Positions 1 to 13,225 of a stretch of 64,000 bases of DNA are shown here, piece after piece (the first letter of the stretch is position 1; each line of letters opens with the position of its first letter). The stretch covers positions 310,001 to 374,000 of the forward strand of contig CAUYUJ010000137.1 in assembly GCA_963575745.1 (NCBI GenBank), given 5' to 3'. Below the pieces are notes generated by a model that had not been told where the DNA came from, ran no database searches, and saw only the letters and a list, made by a program, of their open reading frames with translations. The translations under genes were made by a program, and so were the position numbers. The DNA is from Prorocentrum cordatum. Taxonomy: Eukaryota.

Positions 1-1594
1 GAGACTGAAGTTGCGAGGATCTCGTAGGCGGGACTTGCAAGAACACCTTTCGGGCGACTTCTCTGAAACCCGAGCTGCGACGGGCCGTGTGCGCCGTAGC
101 GCGCGCGCGCGCCGCCTCGCGCGCCGCCGCCGAAGCAACAGCCGGCGCCATCACCGTCGTCGTCGTCGTGGTGGTCCGTCTGCGTTTCCTCCTCCTCCTC
201 CTCCTCCTCCTCCTCCTCTTCCTCCAGCCCCTCCTCGCCCCCCTTCCTTGTTTTCCATTTTTTCCGCCGGAACCGAACGGGAAGGAAAGGAGGAGAGAAA
301 GGAAGACCGACAAACAAACGGGACACGAAGGGGGGATCGCTATGGTGATTGATTGCGTGAAGAGTGAATGCGGCGTGGCGATCACTGAGAAACTCCACGT
401 TCCAGTGACATCTGGTGCGGCGTGATCGTGGCCCCTGTGGCTGCGGTCTCCGAACTCTTTCCCGCGCGGGTGCGCCACTGTGACTGCTGTGGCGGCGGTC
501 CCCGATTTGGTTCCCGTGACAGGCAGCTCGCGGGCGACGCGCCTCGGTGTTCCTCACGGTACCGGTGCCTGGATCACCTCCTGCAGGACGCGGCTCGCCT
601 GCGGCACAACGTGGTGATCGTCGGAACACTTGTTTCTGCCACGGCTCCCGCGCGACATGGCACGCACGCGGCGCAACATGCGAAATCGGTTGCGACGGTC
701 GTCAATGCTTTTCCCGTGCGATGATGGGGAACGCCAATAGGATGACGACGAGAACGACGGGGGGAGGAAACAGTTGAGGCCTGACACCGCCCGGACAACC
801 CCTTAGACAACCTCCTGGACACGCCGCTCTGCCTAATTCGCGCGCAAGCGCCACCCCGCAAACGACATTTGAAAACAGCGTGTCCTTTGCAACCCACCAA
901 ACACGCCCGACACGACATGCCGCAGCGGGCGAACGTTGCACAACGGTACCGGCGGATCAGTAACGGTGCCGCGTTGCGGCCCGCCGTTCGCGGATCCGCC
1001 TGGACCTCTATGTGCGAAATCTGGGTCCCACTCGACCATGCGTCAATGAATGGCGACCCACCCGTTCACGCGGGCAACCCCCCGGACTACCTCCTGGAGC
1101 ACGCAAGCTCCGCTTTGACCGCTGGCCTAGCGGGAGCCCGAGCACGCAATCCCACGCTCCACTTCCCACGGGAGTTCGACCTGTCGGTTGGGGGCCAAAT
1201 GCTGCCGCGCGCAAGAAACTTCTCGGCAAGCATAGTAGGCGCGAATAGATTTCTCGAGCAATTCGATAAGCGTGCAACAAGCGTGCAGCAATCGCAGCGC
1301 GCAGCTGCGGGCGCCTGGCAAGACGCCCGCGGCTGCGCGCTGCGCGGAGAATGCGCGCGACGCTGCACAGCGAGACATGCCAATTGTGCCGCGCTGCCCC
1401 TAGCGAAGCGAAAGTCACCGAGAAGGAGTAGCGCTTGCCCGCGCGCCAGCAGCCGCTCCATCATGCACAACCCAGCACGGGCACGACCCGAATTGGGGCA
1501 CAACGTGGGCAAGGCAACGTGCGCCACAAGCGAGCGGGCACGCTTGGAATGAGCTTCCTGGCATGCCCCTTGGCAGACCTGACAACCCCACTGG

Positions 1595-2150
1595 CGGAAC
1601 TGGCCGGACCACCTCGCGCGAGGCATCTCGGAACCCAGAGTTGCGAGGAATGTCTCCAGCGAAACCGGCCAGACCACATCGCGCGCGGCGTCGTTGATCC
1701 CATAGTTGCGAGGGTCACAAGCGGAACAGGCTCGACCACCTCTCGCGCGAGCCATCTCGGGACCCAGAGTTGCGAGGATTTCATGCGAAACTGGTTGGAC
1801 CACCTCTCGCGCAGCACCTCCGAACCCAGAATCGCGAGAATGTCTCTGGCGACGCGGGCCAGACAGCCTCGCAAGCGGCAGCTCGGAGGCCGAAGTTGCC
1901 AGGATGTCTGCGGCGAAACTGGCCGAACCATTGAGATGAGGGCATCATGGTGCGTAGAGTTGCGAGGATGACGCAGACGACGCTAGCCGCGCGCGCTGCA
2001 TCCTCAAGCCCAGAAGCATGAAGACGTCTCAGGCGAAGCTGGCTGGACCACCTTGTGGGCGGCATGTCCCAAATGAACCTGGCTAGACCACCTCAGGTCA
2101 GGTCGCATCGGAGCCCAGAAATGGAGCCCAGCAGTGCGAGGACGGAAGCT
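1595..2150. repeat. Diverged ~64-bp minisatellite (about 8 units)
   Basis: Core CCCAGAGTTGCGAGG and variants recur at about 1634, 1699, 1763, 1825, 1890, 1953, 2009 and 2127; most units also contain GACCAC. Confidence 0.75.
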
Positions 2151-2389
2151 CTCGAAGTATATGCTTTTGCCGTGTTTGGGTTCTCGTTCTTCGAGCACGA
2201 GCACGAAGACGGAGCCAGGCCGAAGAACACATCGGGTGAGGGTAAGGAACTCAGAGATCTGGCGGCTCTGGAGGATGTCTCGGGCGCCGCGGCCTCATCA
2301 AAACGTTCTGGAACGCTCTGAGAGCATTCCAGAACGCTCTGGAACGGATGTATCCTCGTCCTGGCCCTGTCCGGTGCATCCACACACGG

Positions 2390-2545
2390 GCAAATCAAAA
2401 GGTACCGATACTCCCTGGACCTCTCTCAGGGTGAGTTCTGACCAGGATTTCGACGCGAATCCAGCTGTGGCGACGAGGGTCTCCCATGAGGACCAAAAAG
2501 GGGAAACGAGAGAAAGGTAGCGGTATGGGTACTTTTACCTTCTCC
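2390..2545 (+). repeat. Dispersed repeat module (AAGGTACCGATACT family)
   Basis: AAGGTACCGATACT...GTTCTGACCAG...GCGAATCCAGC..GGCGACGAGGG recurs at about 27778-27880. Confidence 0.7.
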
Positions 2546-2919
2546 GCGTATCCGCGTCCTCATCCCAGACCCCCGACGTCGTGATCTTTTCACAACGTCG
2601 AGCCCCGAGGCCTCGACCACTTCCCCGGGACTGGCTTTTCATCCTGAGTCGTTTGGTTGACGGTCCCGAGGCCCGGTAAGGGCCCACGGAGGCCAAAAAT
2701 AGCGAAAAACCTCCCGTCGTGACTTCTTCACAACGCGAGGGGGTCTGGGTGCGGGGCATGCATACAGTCGCAGGTGCCAAACAAAACGAATAACGAACGG
2801 GGGCGCTCAAAACAGCAACGGCAAACGAAACGAGAAAGAAACAAAGAGCCAGACGAACAACAAAACACAGGTCCAAGCCAAGACAGACAGCGTTACGGTC
2901 GGTCCTTGGATTCGGCTAC

Positions 2920-3375
2920 ACGCCAGAGTGACACTGGGCAAGAGTGACTTTGGCGCGCGGATCAACAGGGCCCCAAATGGCAAGATCCAAATGCACCAGC
3001 AGCCGCTGCCGCATCGCAATCAGCGATCGAGGGGACCCCGTTAAGCCCGCACCAAAGGTCACTGCGGCGAATGGTAAATCGTACGTGTAGCCGATTGGAT
3101 TCATCCTCGTCCCAGCCCCGGCCGGTGCACGCATGCAATCGAAATCAATCGACCACATGCAAGATTGACCCTGGGAAAAACTGACCTTTGGCGTGCGGCT
3201 CTTAGGGGGGCCAAACACGCGCGCGCAAGCCGCTACTACTGCATCGCATTCGGCGATCGGGGGACCACAGTGGGCCCGCACCAAAGTTCGCTCTGGCGAA
3301 GGGTCACTCTTCCGCCTGGCCATCCTCGTCCCAGCCCCGTCTGGTGCACGCATGCAGTCGCAGCCAAAGGCGTCG
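2920..3375. repeat. Diverged ~235-bp tandem duplication
   Basis: GCCCGCACCAAAG and CATCCTCGTCCCAGCCCCG...GGTGCACGCATGCA each occur twice, about 220-240 bp apart. Confidence 0.7.
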
Positions 3376-3884
3376 ATCGAAGCAGCTCGCCGGAGGCCCC
3401 GCGCGGGCGGCGCCTCGGCGCTGGGCACGAGCAGCCACCAAAGCAGCCTCCCCAGCGCGTCCTGGGCCCACATGCGAGGCAAGGATGGGTAAGACGTAGC
3501 CAGGACGAGGATACATTCCTCCTCCTCCTCCTCCTCCTCCTCCTCCTCCTCCTCCTCCTCCTCCCCCTCCTCCTCTTCCTTCTCTCTCCCCCCCTCCCCC
3601 TCCCCCTCCCCCTCTGCCGCTCCATCCCCCTCCCCCTGCTCCCCCCCCTCTTTCTCCTCCATCTCACACTCCCTCGGGCGAGGATAAATCACGACGGAAA
3701 GTTTTTCGCTGCGTTCGGCCTCTCGGGGCCCTTGCTCGACCTCGGGAACGTCACGAAAGCGACGCGGGAATGACAAGCTGGTCCGGGGGAAGGGGTCGAG
3801 ACCTCCGGGGGTGAGACGAAGCCAGGACGCGCAGCCACCCCACGACGTCCCGGGCTCACAGGAATGGCATTGCGGGGACGACTT

Positions 3885-4010
3885 GTGCCCGTATCCACTG
3901 CAGCTTGGAGTCTCGGGCTCCCTTCTCAAGAAATCCGAGGCGCACTGGATATAGGTAAAAGTCCGACCTCGAGAGGCTCGATGCAATCCATATCCAGTGC
4001 GCCTCTTGGG
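3885..4010 (+). repeat. Hairpin-containing dispersed repeat (MITE-like), copy 1
   Basis: Perfect 16-bp inverted repeat GAGGCGCACTGGATAT (3937-3952) / ATATCCAGTGCGCCTC (3990-4005); a homologous inverted copy lies at 6700-6835. Confidence 0.75.
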
Positions 4011-5663
4011 TTATTGTTGGGGCCTAGATCTAGAGACATTGCAGGGCGACCCGCACCACTGTCTGTAGATTCTGCCAATCTGCGGACTGCAGCCAGCCTG
4101 CGACAGCAGAAGACACAACACCTATATTTCGATTGCATTATTAAAGACGTCGTTGTCCTGACCCTGATAGGGGCAATCGGGCATCGCCTGGCACTGGTCT
4201 TGCATAGCGTTGCATTTCAGAACATTGACACACATTTCAATGGCATTGTCATGGTGCGTGCACTCAAACATTGCCTCACATAAAACACCAACATCGACCG
4301 TCATATAAAATATCAGCGACACCCTGAATGTCACCATGGTTCCTCTGACTGTGACGCGGCTTCTCTCAGATAGGAGGACCCAAGGAGGGGGGGGGGGGCA
4401 ACAATGAGGGATGATAAGGGGGAATGAGGGCAGGAGGGCGTCATAAAAAACGTCCACGGCCGTCTTGAAGCCCTCTTGAAAAGTATTGGACCCGTGTGGC
4501 ACGACAAGGAGGGCAAACACGAGGAGGGAGGTGAAGGTGAGCATGAGGAGGACGGCGATAAGAATGTGGGCGCCACTCCGACGTCGCGCTGGCTTCGGCA
4601 TGCACAGCAGGCTGTTCATCCGCGCCCTTCAGCTCGCTGGCTGTAGGCTGGGCTTATGAACGGCCCCATGACGAACCCAAGAGGGTCCCGAGAAGGCCCA
4701 GAAGGGAACAGAGCACGCGGCCGCGTTTCCCTACATCGATTCGAGGTTCCTAGGGAGTTCTTGGAGCCTGTTTGATGTCCTCTTGGGGCTCTCTGAGATA
4801 CCTCCCTTCTCGTCCTCTCGCCCGCCCTCCTCTTCCCTCGTGTTCCCAGTGCCGCGCGGTGCTGCGCTTTGCAGTTCGCATCCGATGCAGATCACACAGT
4901 GTACTGTCATGCGCGGGCCCAAGCCCCAACCCCCAGGCTAGGGGCCGAGGTCGGACACAATCGGTCGTGCATAGTGACCGAACCCACAGATTTGACTACC
5001 CAAGTGCAGACAGCACTGTTTGAGAAAGCACGTTTCACGGGAGCTTACCTTGGGAGCACTCGGCGACGCGTTTCGAACCAGGGGGTGCCCCCCCCCAAAT
5101 CTCGGCGCCGTCGATCAGAACCAAGGGGTCTCCCCTCCCCCCTAAACCCTCCCCCTCCCGACACCCTCCCCCCCCTGGGAAAGGAGCACTAGATTCTAAC
5201 TCCCCCAATCTTGTCTCTTCCGGCTTCCGGGGGGGGCCGGGGTTTGAACCCCCCCTCTCTCTCCTCGGTGCCGGTTCTGGCGCCTGCGCTGGCGATGGCC
5301 AGCAGCACCAACGGAAGCCGGCACGGGAAAATACAAATTACCATATCGACCCTTTGCCTTCCAACAGCCACTGGGGGCCCTTAGGAAGTTCCCAAAGACG
5401 CTCAAGAGGCGCCCAGGATCCCTCACACATGCTCCTCAGACGCTCCCGGGAACCCTCTGACGAGACCCCAGGAGGTACCCATTGGAACTGCAACCCAATG
5501 CCAAGACACGGTGACGGGAAGACCGAAGGCCACACCACCACCACCACCACAAACCACAACACCACCACCACCGCAACCACCACAACCCACCACCACGACA
5601 ACCACCCCCCACCATTGACCACCGCACACCACCACCACCACCACAAGCGCCACCACCACCACC

Positions 5664-5990
5664 TCGAGACATCCTCCAAATCTGCTCTCCAAGCGAAGGA
5701 TGTTGAGACAGAAAACAGGCAAACTGCTAGAGACATCCCCACAAAACGGCGTCGAACGGAACCGTGAAAGCACCTTTGGCGGCTCCCCTTAGGTAGCAGA
5801 AACCAGCGCCACGCCTGAGACATCCTCGCAAAGTACTCTCCAAGCGAAAGATGATGAGACAGAAAACAGGCACGCCGCTTGAGACGTCCCCACAAAACGG
5901 CCGCGAACGGGACCGTGCAATACCCCTCGGCGGCTCCCCTTAGGGGTGCTGAAACCAGCGTCCCGCCTGAGACATCCTCACAATCTGCTG
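5664..5990. repeat. ~152-bp tandem repeat (about 2.2 units)
   Basis: GAGACATCCTC recurs at about 5666, 5817 and 5969 with alignable intervening sequence. Confidence 0.8.
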
Positions 5991-5994
5991 TGTG

Positions 5995-6185
5995 TTGAGT
6001 AAGTCAGACAATGAGAAGGTCTGAGTGTGAGTAAGTCTGGGTATGAGTGAGTCTAAGCATGAGTAAGTCTGAGTATGAGTAGGTCTGAGTATGCGTAGGT
6101 CAGAATATGAACAATGAAATATGATCAGGTCTGAGTATGAGTAAGTCTGTGTATGAGTAAGTCTGTGTATGGGTAAGTCAAGGTA
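5995..6185. repeat. ~16-bp TGAGTAAGTCTGAGTA minisatellite
   Basis: Direct inspection. Confidence 0.75.
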
Positions 6186-6699
6186 TGAGGAGGAAGAGGA
6201 TGAGGAGGAGGAGGAGAAGAAGAGGAAGGAGGAGTAGGAGGCGTCCAAGTAATAGCAAGAACCCCATCTTAGGAGTTGGGGAATGAAGAAGGCATGGGTA
6301 GCGAAACGCAAGGCGCGAGGGTATCCTTGAGTCGGCGGGGCCGACCTACTAATCAAACTCAGCGGTACTCCTTCCTCTATAACCCTCTGCGCCGCCGCCG
6401 GCCCAAGGCTTTTCACTCCGCCGACGTCCGCGGCGGCGGCGGCAAGCGTGCGCTTCGGCGCGCAGACGCCGTCGTGCAGAACGCGCAGCCCGGCGGGCTC
6501 CGCCGCGGGGTGCTCGCCGCCCAGGAAGCCCAGGGCGCGCCGAAGGTGCGCGTCTGGCGGGCGGAGTGGGATCGGCCGGCCGCCGGGCAGGGACCGACCG
6601 CCTCAACCACCCCATTGGGCCTACCACGGAATGCTCCTGCAACAAGAGGGCGCGAGAACATGATATCAGTACCTCCACTGCGTCTTGGACATTTTGGCA

Positions 6700-6835
6700 A
6701 AGGGCGCCCAAAGGCCGAGGAGCAGTGGATATGGACAACATCAAGCCTCTAGTGGCCAGATCTTTCTCCATATCCACTGCGCCCCTGATTTCTGTGCAAG
6801 GAGCCCGAAACTCCAAGCCACAATGGATACACATG
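6700..6835 (-). repeat. Hairpin-containing dispersed repeat (MITE-like), copy 2
   Basis: Reverse complement aligns to 3885-4010; arms are GCAGTGGATATGGA / TCCATATCCACTGC. Confidence 0.7.
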
Positions 6836-7009
6836 TGTATATATATAGATATACTAGAACCATCGCGCGCGCTTCGCGCGCGCTCAGGTTCTAGCTCAGG
6901 CCTGGGGGGCGCTGGACGATCTTGGACAACGATATCAAGCACAGGCGCGCGACGGCATCTGAGGAGCTTCTGGGGTGTTCCGCATGCTTCGTCAACTGGC
7001 TGTTGGAGG

Positions 7010-8680
7010 CACCTCTTGGGTGCTTCTTGGGGGGGCGTCTGAGGGTCCCTTGGGGGCATCGGTTCTGCAATCTGAAGCCGTCATTGGCCGTCTTGGCTGC
7101 GTGGAAGCCCGACTTGAGGCCACCTGCGGCCAGATTGAGGCAATCCGGAAGCCTCCCGGGGGCCTCCTGGAAGCAGTTTTGACGCATCGAGGGCACTCTT
7201 GGGCTATCTTAAAGCCTCTTGGACGTCTCCTAGGGTCCTCTTAGGCCCTCGGGAAGCTATTGGGGTCCTCGTCGGACCACTTGGGGGCCTCTTGCGGCCT
7301 CCTGTGTGCCTTGTGGGGGGACCGATCTGCTGTTGGGTCGCGTTCCCCTTCTTGAGCCTCTCTTGGGGCTCTTGGGGCCCTCTCGGGCCGTCTTGGGCGT
7401 CTCAAGCATCTTCTTGGGGCCCTCGCGGGCCGTCTTGGGGCCCTCTTGGAGTCCTCTTCCTTTATATGGGAGCGGTATTGGAAGCCTCTTGGGCCGTCTT
7501 GGAGCATCGGGATGACAAAAGGCCGAAAACATTAAAACCCGTCAAAGCCCAATCGTAAAACAATGTGTTGTGCCTCTTGGGGCCACCTTGGGAGATCTCT
7601 TGGAACCTCGTCGGCCCTCTTTGGAGCTTCTTGGGGGCCTCTTGGATCCGATTGGGGGCCTCTTGGGACTTCCCGAGAACCTCTCGGGGTAGAAAGCTCG
7701 GATTCTCGGTTCGTGTTTCCCTTCTTGGGCCTCTCTTGGGGCCGTCTTGGGGCCCTCTCGGGCCGTCTTGGGCGCCTCAGGCACCGCCTTGGGGCCCTCG
7801 TGGGCCGCCCAGGGCCCTCTTGGAAGCCTCTTCGGCTATCTTGGAGCTGTCTGGGAGGCCTCTTCCTCCTCCTCGTCCCCCTCCTCCTCCTCCTCCCACT
7901 CCAACTCTCTCTCCTCCTGATCTTCCTCCTCCTCCTCCTCCTGCAGCGTGTTCCGGAAGGCTCCCGCCGGAACATGCTGTGCACAAGTGCTGTCACTGCT
8001 CCCGCCACCGTGCCCTGGGTGGTGGGTCAGAGGCCTCATGGGTGTTGGTTTGGATCTCGTGGTTGGCCTGTCGGGGACGTCGTGAAGGCAATTTCGCAGC
8101 TTCTCGGTAGCCGTTTTGGGACCGTTGTGGGGCCTCCTCGGGGCTGTCTTGTGGCCTCTTTAGGCCTCGTTCGGGCCTCCTGGGTGCCTCTTGGGGGCCT
8201 CCTGGGGCCTCTTGGGGGCTCCTTGGGGCCTCCTGGGGCACTCTTCAAGCGGGAGGGTCGAATTTTGGAGTCGTGGTCCCCCTCTTGGGCGCATCTTGGG
8301 GCCGTCTTGGGGCTCTGTTGGGCTGTCTTAGGCGACTCTGGGGCCGTCTTGGAGCCCTCTTGGGCCGTCTTGGGGCGCTCTTGGGAGCCTATTGAGCCGT
8401 CTTGGAACGTCGGACAGCCGAAAAGGCTGAAGGCCAAAATGGTTCGAAAACCTTCGTACAATTGACGATTTCGGCCTCGGGAAGCGCTCTGGAGAGGCGT
8501 CTTGACGCGTCGTGGAGTGCCTTTGGGGGGCCTCTCGGCCGTCTTGGGCCTATCTTGGGCGTCCTGGAGCGGTCTTTCGGCGACTCGGGGCCCGCTTGGG
8601 CCGTCTTGGGGCCTCTGAAGGCCCTCCTGGACTATTTTGGACCTCCCTGGCCGCCCCGTCCTCCCATGGGAGGTCGGAGG
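7010..8680 (+). repeat. Degenerate 9-11-mer satellite (GGCCTCTTGG / GCCGTCTTGG), forward block
   Basis: Dozens of CTCTTGGG and GTCTTGG units with interspersed shared modules. Confidence 0.85.
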
Positions 8681-8999
8681 CGGCGGCCTCCGAGGCCCAG
8701 GACGCGGAAACCCTGTAAAAACACAGCGAAAATGAGCCCCGGTCCCCCCATGGGGGGTCGGGGCACCTGTCCTGGGGCCCCCGGCCTCGCCCCCAGGGAT
8801 ATCCGCCGATCCGGCGTGTGAGTTTCAAGGAGTCTCAGCTACAGCCTCGAGGCTGAGCCTCAGCCTCTGGGGGGGTTGCCGGGGTGGCTCTGCCGGGGAA
8901 GGGGGGGTGGGGGGGGGGGCGAGTTTCCGGCGGATGCGTTTTTTGACACCCCTCACAAGGATCGTGGCCTCCGAGGGGGTTCCGAACTCGAGTACCACC

Positions 9000-10135
9000 C
9001 CTCCCGCACCAAGAGGCTCCGAGGAGGCCTCCAAGAGGCCCCAAGGGGCGCAGAAGAGGCCCCCAAGAAGCCCCAAGAGGCTCCCAAGAGACCCCCAAGA
9101 GGCCCTCTAGTGGCCCCAAGAGGCCCAAGAGGCCCCCAAGAAGCCCCAAGAGGCGCCCAAGAGGCCCCCAGAAGTCCCAGCCAACCACGAGATCCCAACC
9201 AGCATCCATGAGGCCTCTGACCCACCACCCACGCACGGTGGCGGGATAGGCCGACGGCCACTGGATCCGCCGCCCCCTGCTTGCAGGGGTGCACGGCGTG
9301 CTGGACGTTTCAGGTTTTGGTTTTGGTTCTTTTTCCAAAAGAACTCCCCAGTGGGCTCCGGCCCGTCCCGCCACCGTGCCCAAAAACGGCCGTTTCGCTC
9401 GGGACATCCTCAAAAAATCGCGAAGATGGCCCAAGATGGCCTCCAAGTCCGCCCGAGATGGTCCAAGACGGCCTCCAGGACGGCCCAAGAGAGTCCAAGA
9501 CGGCCCAAGACGGCCCAAGAGGCCCCCCAGAGGCCTCCCAGACGGCCCAAGAGGCCTCCAAGAGGTCCTCCAGGAGAGTCCGAAGAGGCCAAAATCATTG
9601 ATTTTCCATTGGTTTTTGAAGGATTTTGGCATTTGCGCCTTTTCGGCTCTCCGACGGCTCAAGACGGCCCAAGAAGCCCCCAAGATCGCCCAAGAGGCCC
9701 CCAAGAGAGCCCCCTGATGGCCCAAGTGGCCTCCAAGATGGCCCCTAGAGGGCCCCAAGACGGCCCAAGAGGCCTCCAACACGCCCAAGATGGCCTCCAA
9801 GACGCCCAAGATGGCCTCCAAGACGGCCCTGGAGCGCCCCAAGAGGGTCCCCCGTTGGCCCAGAAAGGCCCCCAAAACGGCTCCCGACGGCGTCAGACGT
9901 GCCAGGAACCCACCAAGATGGCCGAAGTTCGCTCGAAGCTGGCCCAAAAGGGCCCAAGAGGCCCCCAAGAGGGCCTCCAGGAAGGCCAAAAGATGCCAAA
10001 ATCACTGATTTTCCCAAGGTTTTTGATGGATTTGGGCATTTCCCTTTTTTCGGCCTTCCGACGGCCCGACACGGCCCAAGAGCCCCCAAAGATCGCCGAA
10101 AGATCGCCCAAGAGGCCTCCAAGACGGCGACGATG
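9000..10135 (-). repeat. Same satellite family in opposite orientation (CCCAAGAG / CCAAGACGG)
   Basis: Reverse-complement units; the unique module at 9175-9245 is the inverse of 8003-8068. Confidence 0.85.
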
Positions 10136-10278
10136 ACCATCAAGACGCTCACGTGTTCCCCGAAGGCTTTCCAAACCGATTCGGGGAACACATGGTCCGA
10201 TGGCTTGGCAGGCCTGGCCTCAACGTTCGGCCACATAGGCGCTTCCACAAAGGCAGGGGGCGGCGGTGATTCGCCGTA
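10135..10278 (-). other. Possible isolated coding exon (GESPPPPAFVEAPMWPNVEARPAKPSDHVFPESVWKAFGEHVSVL)
   Basis: Non-repetitive, protein-like open frame between repeats; splice sites not established. Confidence 0.3.
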
Positions 10279-10397
10279 GGCGTCTTCGATAAATGCTGAG
10301 TGAGAGGAGGGGAGGGAAAAAGAGAGGAGGGACGAGGGCGAAGAAGGATCACATCAGTCGGAGCGCCCCGGATCGGCGGCACTGGCCGAAGGCCACT

Positions 10398-10400
<3 letters not shown>

Positions 10401-10446
<46 letters not shown>
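10401..10446. repeat. (AT)n microsatellite
   Basis: Direct inspection. Confidence 0.95.
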
Positions 10447-10449
<3 letters not shown>

Positions 10450-11384
10450 TATAGACATGTTGCCGGCAAGAGGAAGCTATAATAACAAGCGCAGTGTTCT
10501 TAGACAAAACAGGCGTATCAAAACAAGACGGTCTCAGCAGGCTCAGAGCACGACACTCATGTATCACACAGAGTTGTTCGGACATTCTTCGGTGGGCCTG
10601 TAACACGTCTGGAAACCTCGCCACTGCTTGAAGCCGGTGGTTTGCCCTCGAACAAAAACAAAAGCGCATTGGGCGGCCACCGAACCAAGATTTACGAGCG
10701 GCGATCGCATCCATGTGCACGACTTCGCGGTGTGGATTCGAAAACGCAATACCTGGATTCGTTCCGAGGGGGGCACCCGCGAACAATAACTCTCCGTATC
10801 CACGGGGTGGCGACCCGATGACCGGGCCCGCGAGGCAGAGGATACGCGGCCCGATTACCCGACCCGGGAGGCCGTGAATACGACAAACCTTCGGAGCGTC
10901 GTGGCAACAAATATTGCGAGAAGAGCCCCGAGGACGGTCAAACGCAACTCGTGACAACAAATCACGTCGGGGGGCGGGAGCCCCAGATCTCGAGCCCCGT
11001 CCAGGAGCCGCGGGCCACTGCGAAGCACGCGCCATCGTGCCGGCCTCTGCGAGGCCAGCCGGAGGCCGAGAACTGAAGTGATTCGGTGATGCCCTGGCGA
11101 GTTTCGGAACGAGCCCTGGGAGCCCTGGGGGTACGAGAAAACGCCCATGAACCGTGCCGTTGTCTTCCTCGCTCCAGGCCCCGCTCCACCGCGAAGCGGC
11201 GCATAGATTTTCGTCCCCAGGGGGCCGAAGGACCATGCACCGTACCATTTTTGGGTCGAGGATCGACGACGCCTCGCGGGGGAAGACCAACGCGGCAAGG
11301 TGCAGACAGGACGTCATCGGACAAATTACGCCATGGCGGTTTTCGAAGCGAGCCCGTGTGGCCTCGGAGGGAAGCATACGTCAG

Positions 11385-11595
11385 CATCCAATCCGAAAAC
11401 CGAGTCGAATCGCAATGTGCGTCGGATCGGGCTGCACAGGCACCGAGCCGAAATCGGATCGGGTCGGCTGCGCCAGGATGCACGATATCGCCATGCCAGC
11501 ATCGGGCCGATTCGGATCGCTGAAACATTGGAATCGAATCTGACCGGGCGAGCCGAAATCGATGTCGACTCGGATCGATCGCTCCGAAATGGGCT
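11385..11595 (+). repeat. GATCG-rich dispersed repeat, copy 1
   Basis: Shares CGGCTGCGCCAGGATGCACGA...CGCCATGC.AGCATC with 39850-40090. Confidence 0.7.
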
Positions 11596-13225
11596 CTGCG
11601 GGGAGATGAAGAAGGACGCCACGAAGAGAGAGGGGACCCGGCCCCACCCAGGATATGCAGAAGGCACGTATACACCAACGCCGTGCATGGCCAGGGCCAT
11701 GCAGTGCCTTGGCACTGTGCGTATCAAGACGAAGGCGACATCAGGACAAATCTGAAAGAGGACAAGGCGGAAATCTCTGGAAACGGGTGGTTCTGGAGCT
11801 AAAGTTTCCTATGGCCCCTGCCTTTCCCAGACTGCCTGGCCCGCCCTCCCCAAACAGAACATGCCAGGAGGAAGTGCATGTAGTGCTTGAGCTGTGTAAA
11901 TGAACTGCAGGCTGTGGTATGCATGTCCGTCATGCGTGGCAGACTGCGCATGTGACAGCACTGCTGTATACTTTTTCGAGCTGCAAAAGACTGCAAACGA
12001 TTGGTACCACCCATGCCCTGATGAATAATTGCCCAGGGGTAAACCTGTTACTGGAAAGACACATATAAGCCACATCAAAACGGCGCCGATATCCCATTCA
12101 AGCTGGCGGGAAAAAGCGCGTCCGTGAGAACACAAAGCAGAACAGCACGCGCACGACGAGAGCAACGCAACCGAAATACACCGGCTCGTACGCTGAAGAG
12201 AGAGATGGAGGGCGAGGGAGAGAGAGGGACCGAAGAGAGATACACGAGCCCACCAGACGCCTCCAAAACGCGTGGCGCCTCCGCCAAAGGAACAACCCCG
12301 ACACGAACATCGCCCTGAAGCATGAAGCGCTCGAGGGTGCCGCGGAGCCCGAGCCGTTCGGCACGGGCGAAGACCACGTCGCCCGTCCGGTCGACAACAC
12401 GTCGGAAGTCATGCTGCACCATACCTCCCGTCGGGAACAAAAAAGGCACAGCGCTTCCATCCTCAGAGCCATTCATGGTGGGGGGGACCCTATCCGTGGG
12501 AAGCGCGCGATCGCCTCCGACAGCGCCTCCAGCAATGGACAGAACTGCACAATGCGATGCTTCCCCGCCTCAGCAGGCATCGCCGATGCTGGCGCCACTG
12601 ATGGCGACCGAATGCGCAACCCTTGCGACGTCGTCCATGGCGGGCACCTCCAGCGGCCCCCGGACACCAGGCCACAGCACCGAGGGCGCCACCTCACCAG
12701 GAAGGGGAATCGATAAGAAAGGATTGCAGCTCGCGTGACTCGTCTAGATCAAGAGTGGGACGACCAGGAGCCGCCCTGACGATAGGCGCCTGCGCCTCCG
12801 CCGCGACGAGCGGCGCGTGCAGCCCGAGCAAAAACTAGAGACCGACGGCCGCCCGCAAAGGGGAGGCAGCAGGCGGCGGGGCGGGCTTCGCCCAGCTCCC
12901 TCGGGAACTCGGGCCCTCGCAGCCCCCGAGCTGGAACAGCGGCGCCCGCAGGCGGCCGCGTGGCCGCGGGGGCCCCGCCGAAGGGCCGAGCATGGGCGCC
13001 CGTGGCGTCGCCGAGTGCCCGGGTGCCCCTCCCGCGCCGCCCGGAGCGCCTTGACGCGCACGCCGATGGCCCGCGCGGCCGAGGCCCAGGGCCGCGCGCC
13101 GCTCGCGCCGCAGCCGGCGGGCCACCGCCCTCGCGCTCGCAGCAGGCGCCCAGGCCGCGCCACTGCCGGAGTGCGGGGCCGCTCGCGGCGCGGGGGCAGC
13201 GATGGCCTGCTGCGAGCTGGGCTCG

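Noticed and set aside
11240..11260. CCGTACCATTTTTGGGTCGAG resembling DinoSL
   Set aside because: Needs two indels and two substitutions, and no gene-like sequence follows.
10560..11300. Degraded minus-strand coding relic with ADP-ribosyltransferase-like hints (GTKIYA...GL...MGVFSY)
   Set aside because: Requires frameshifts and lacks the key His; not supportable without a profile search.
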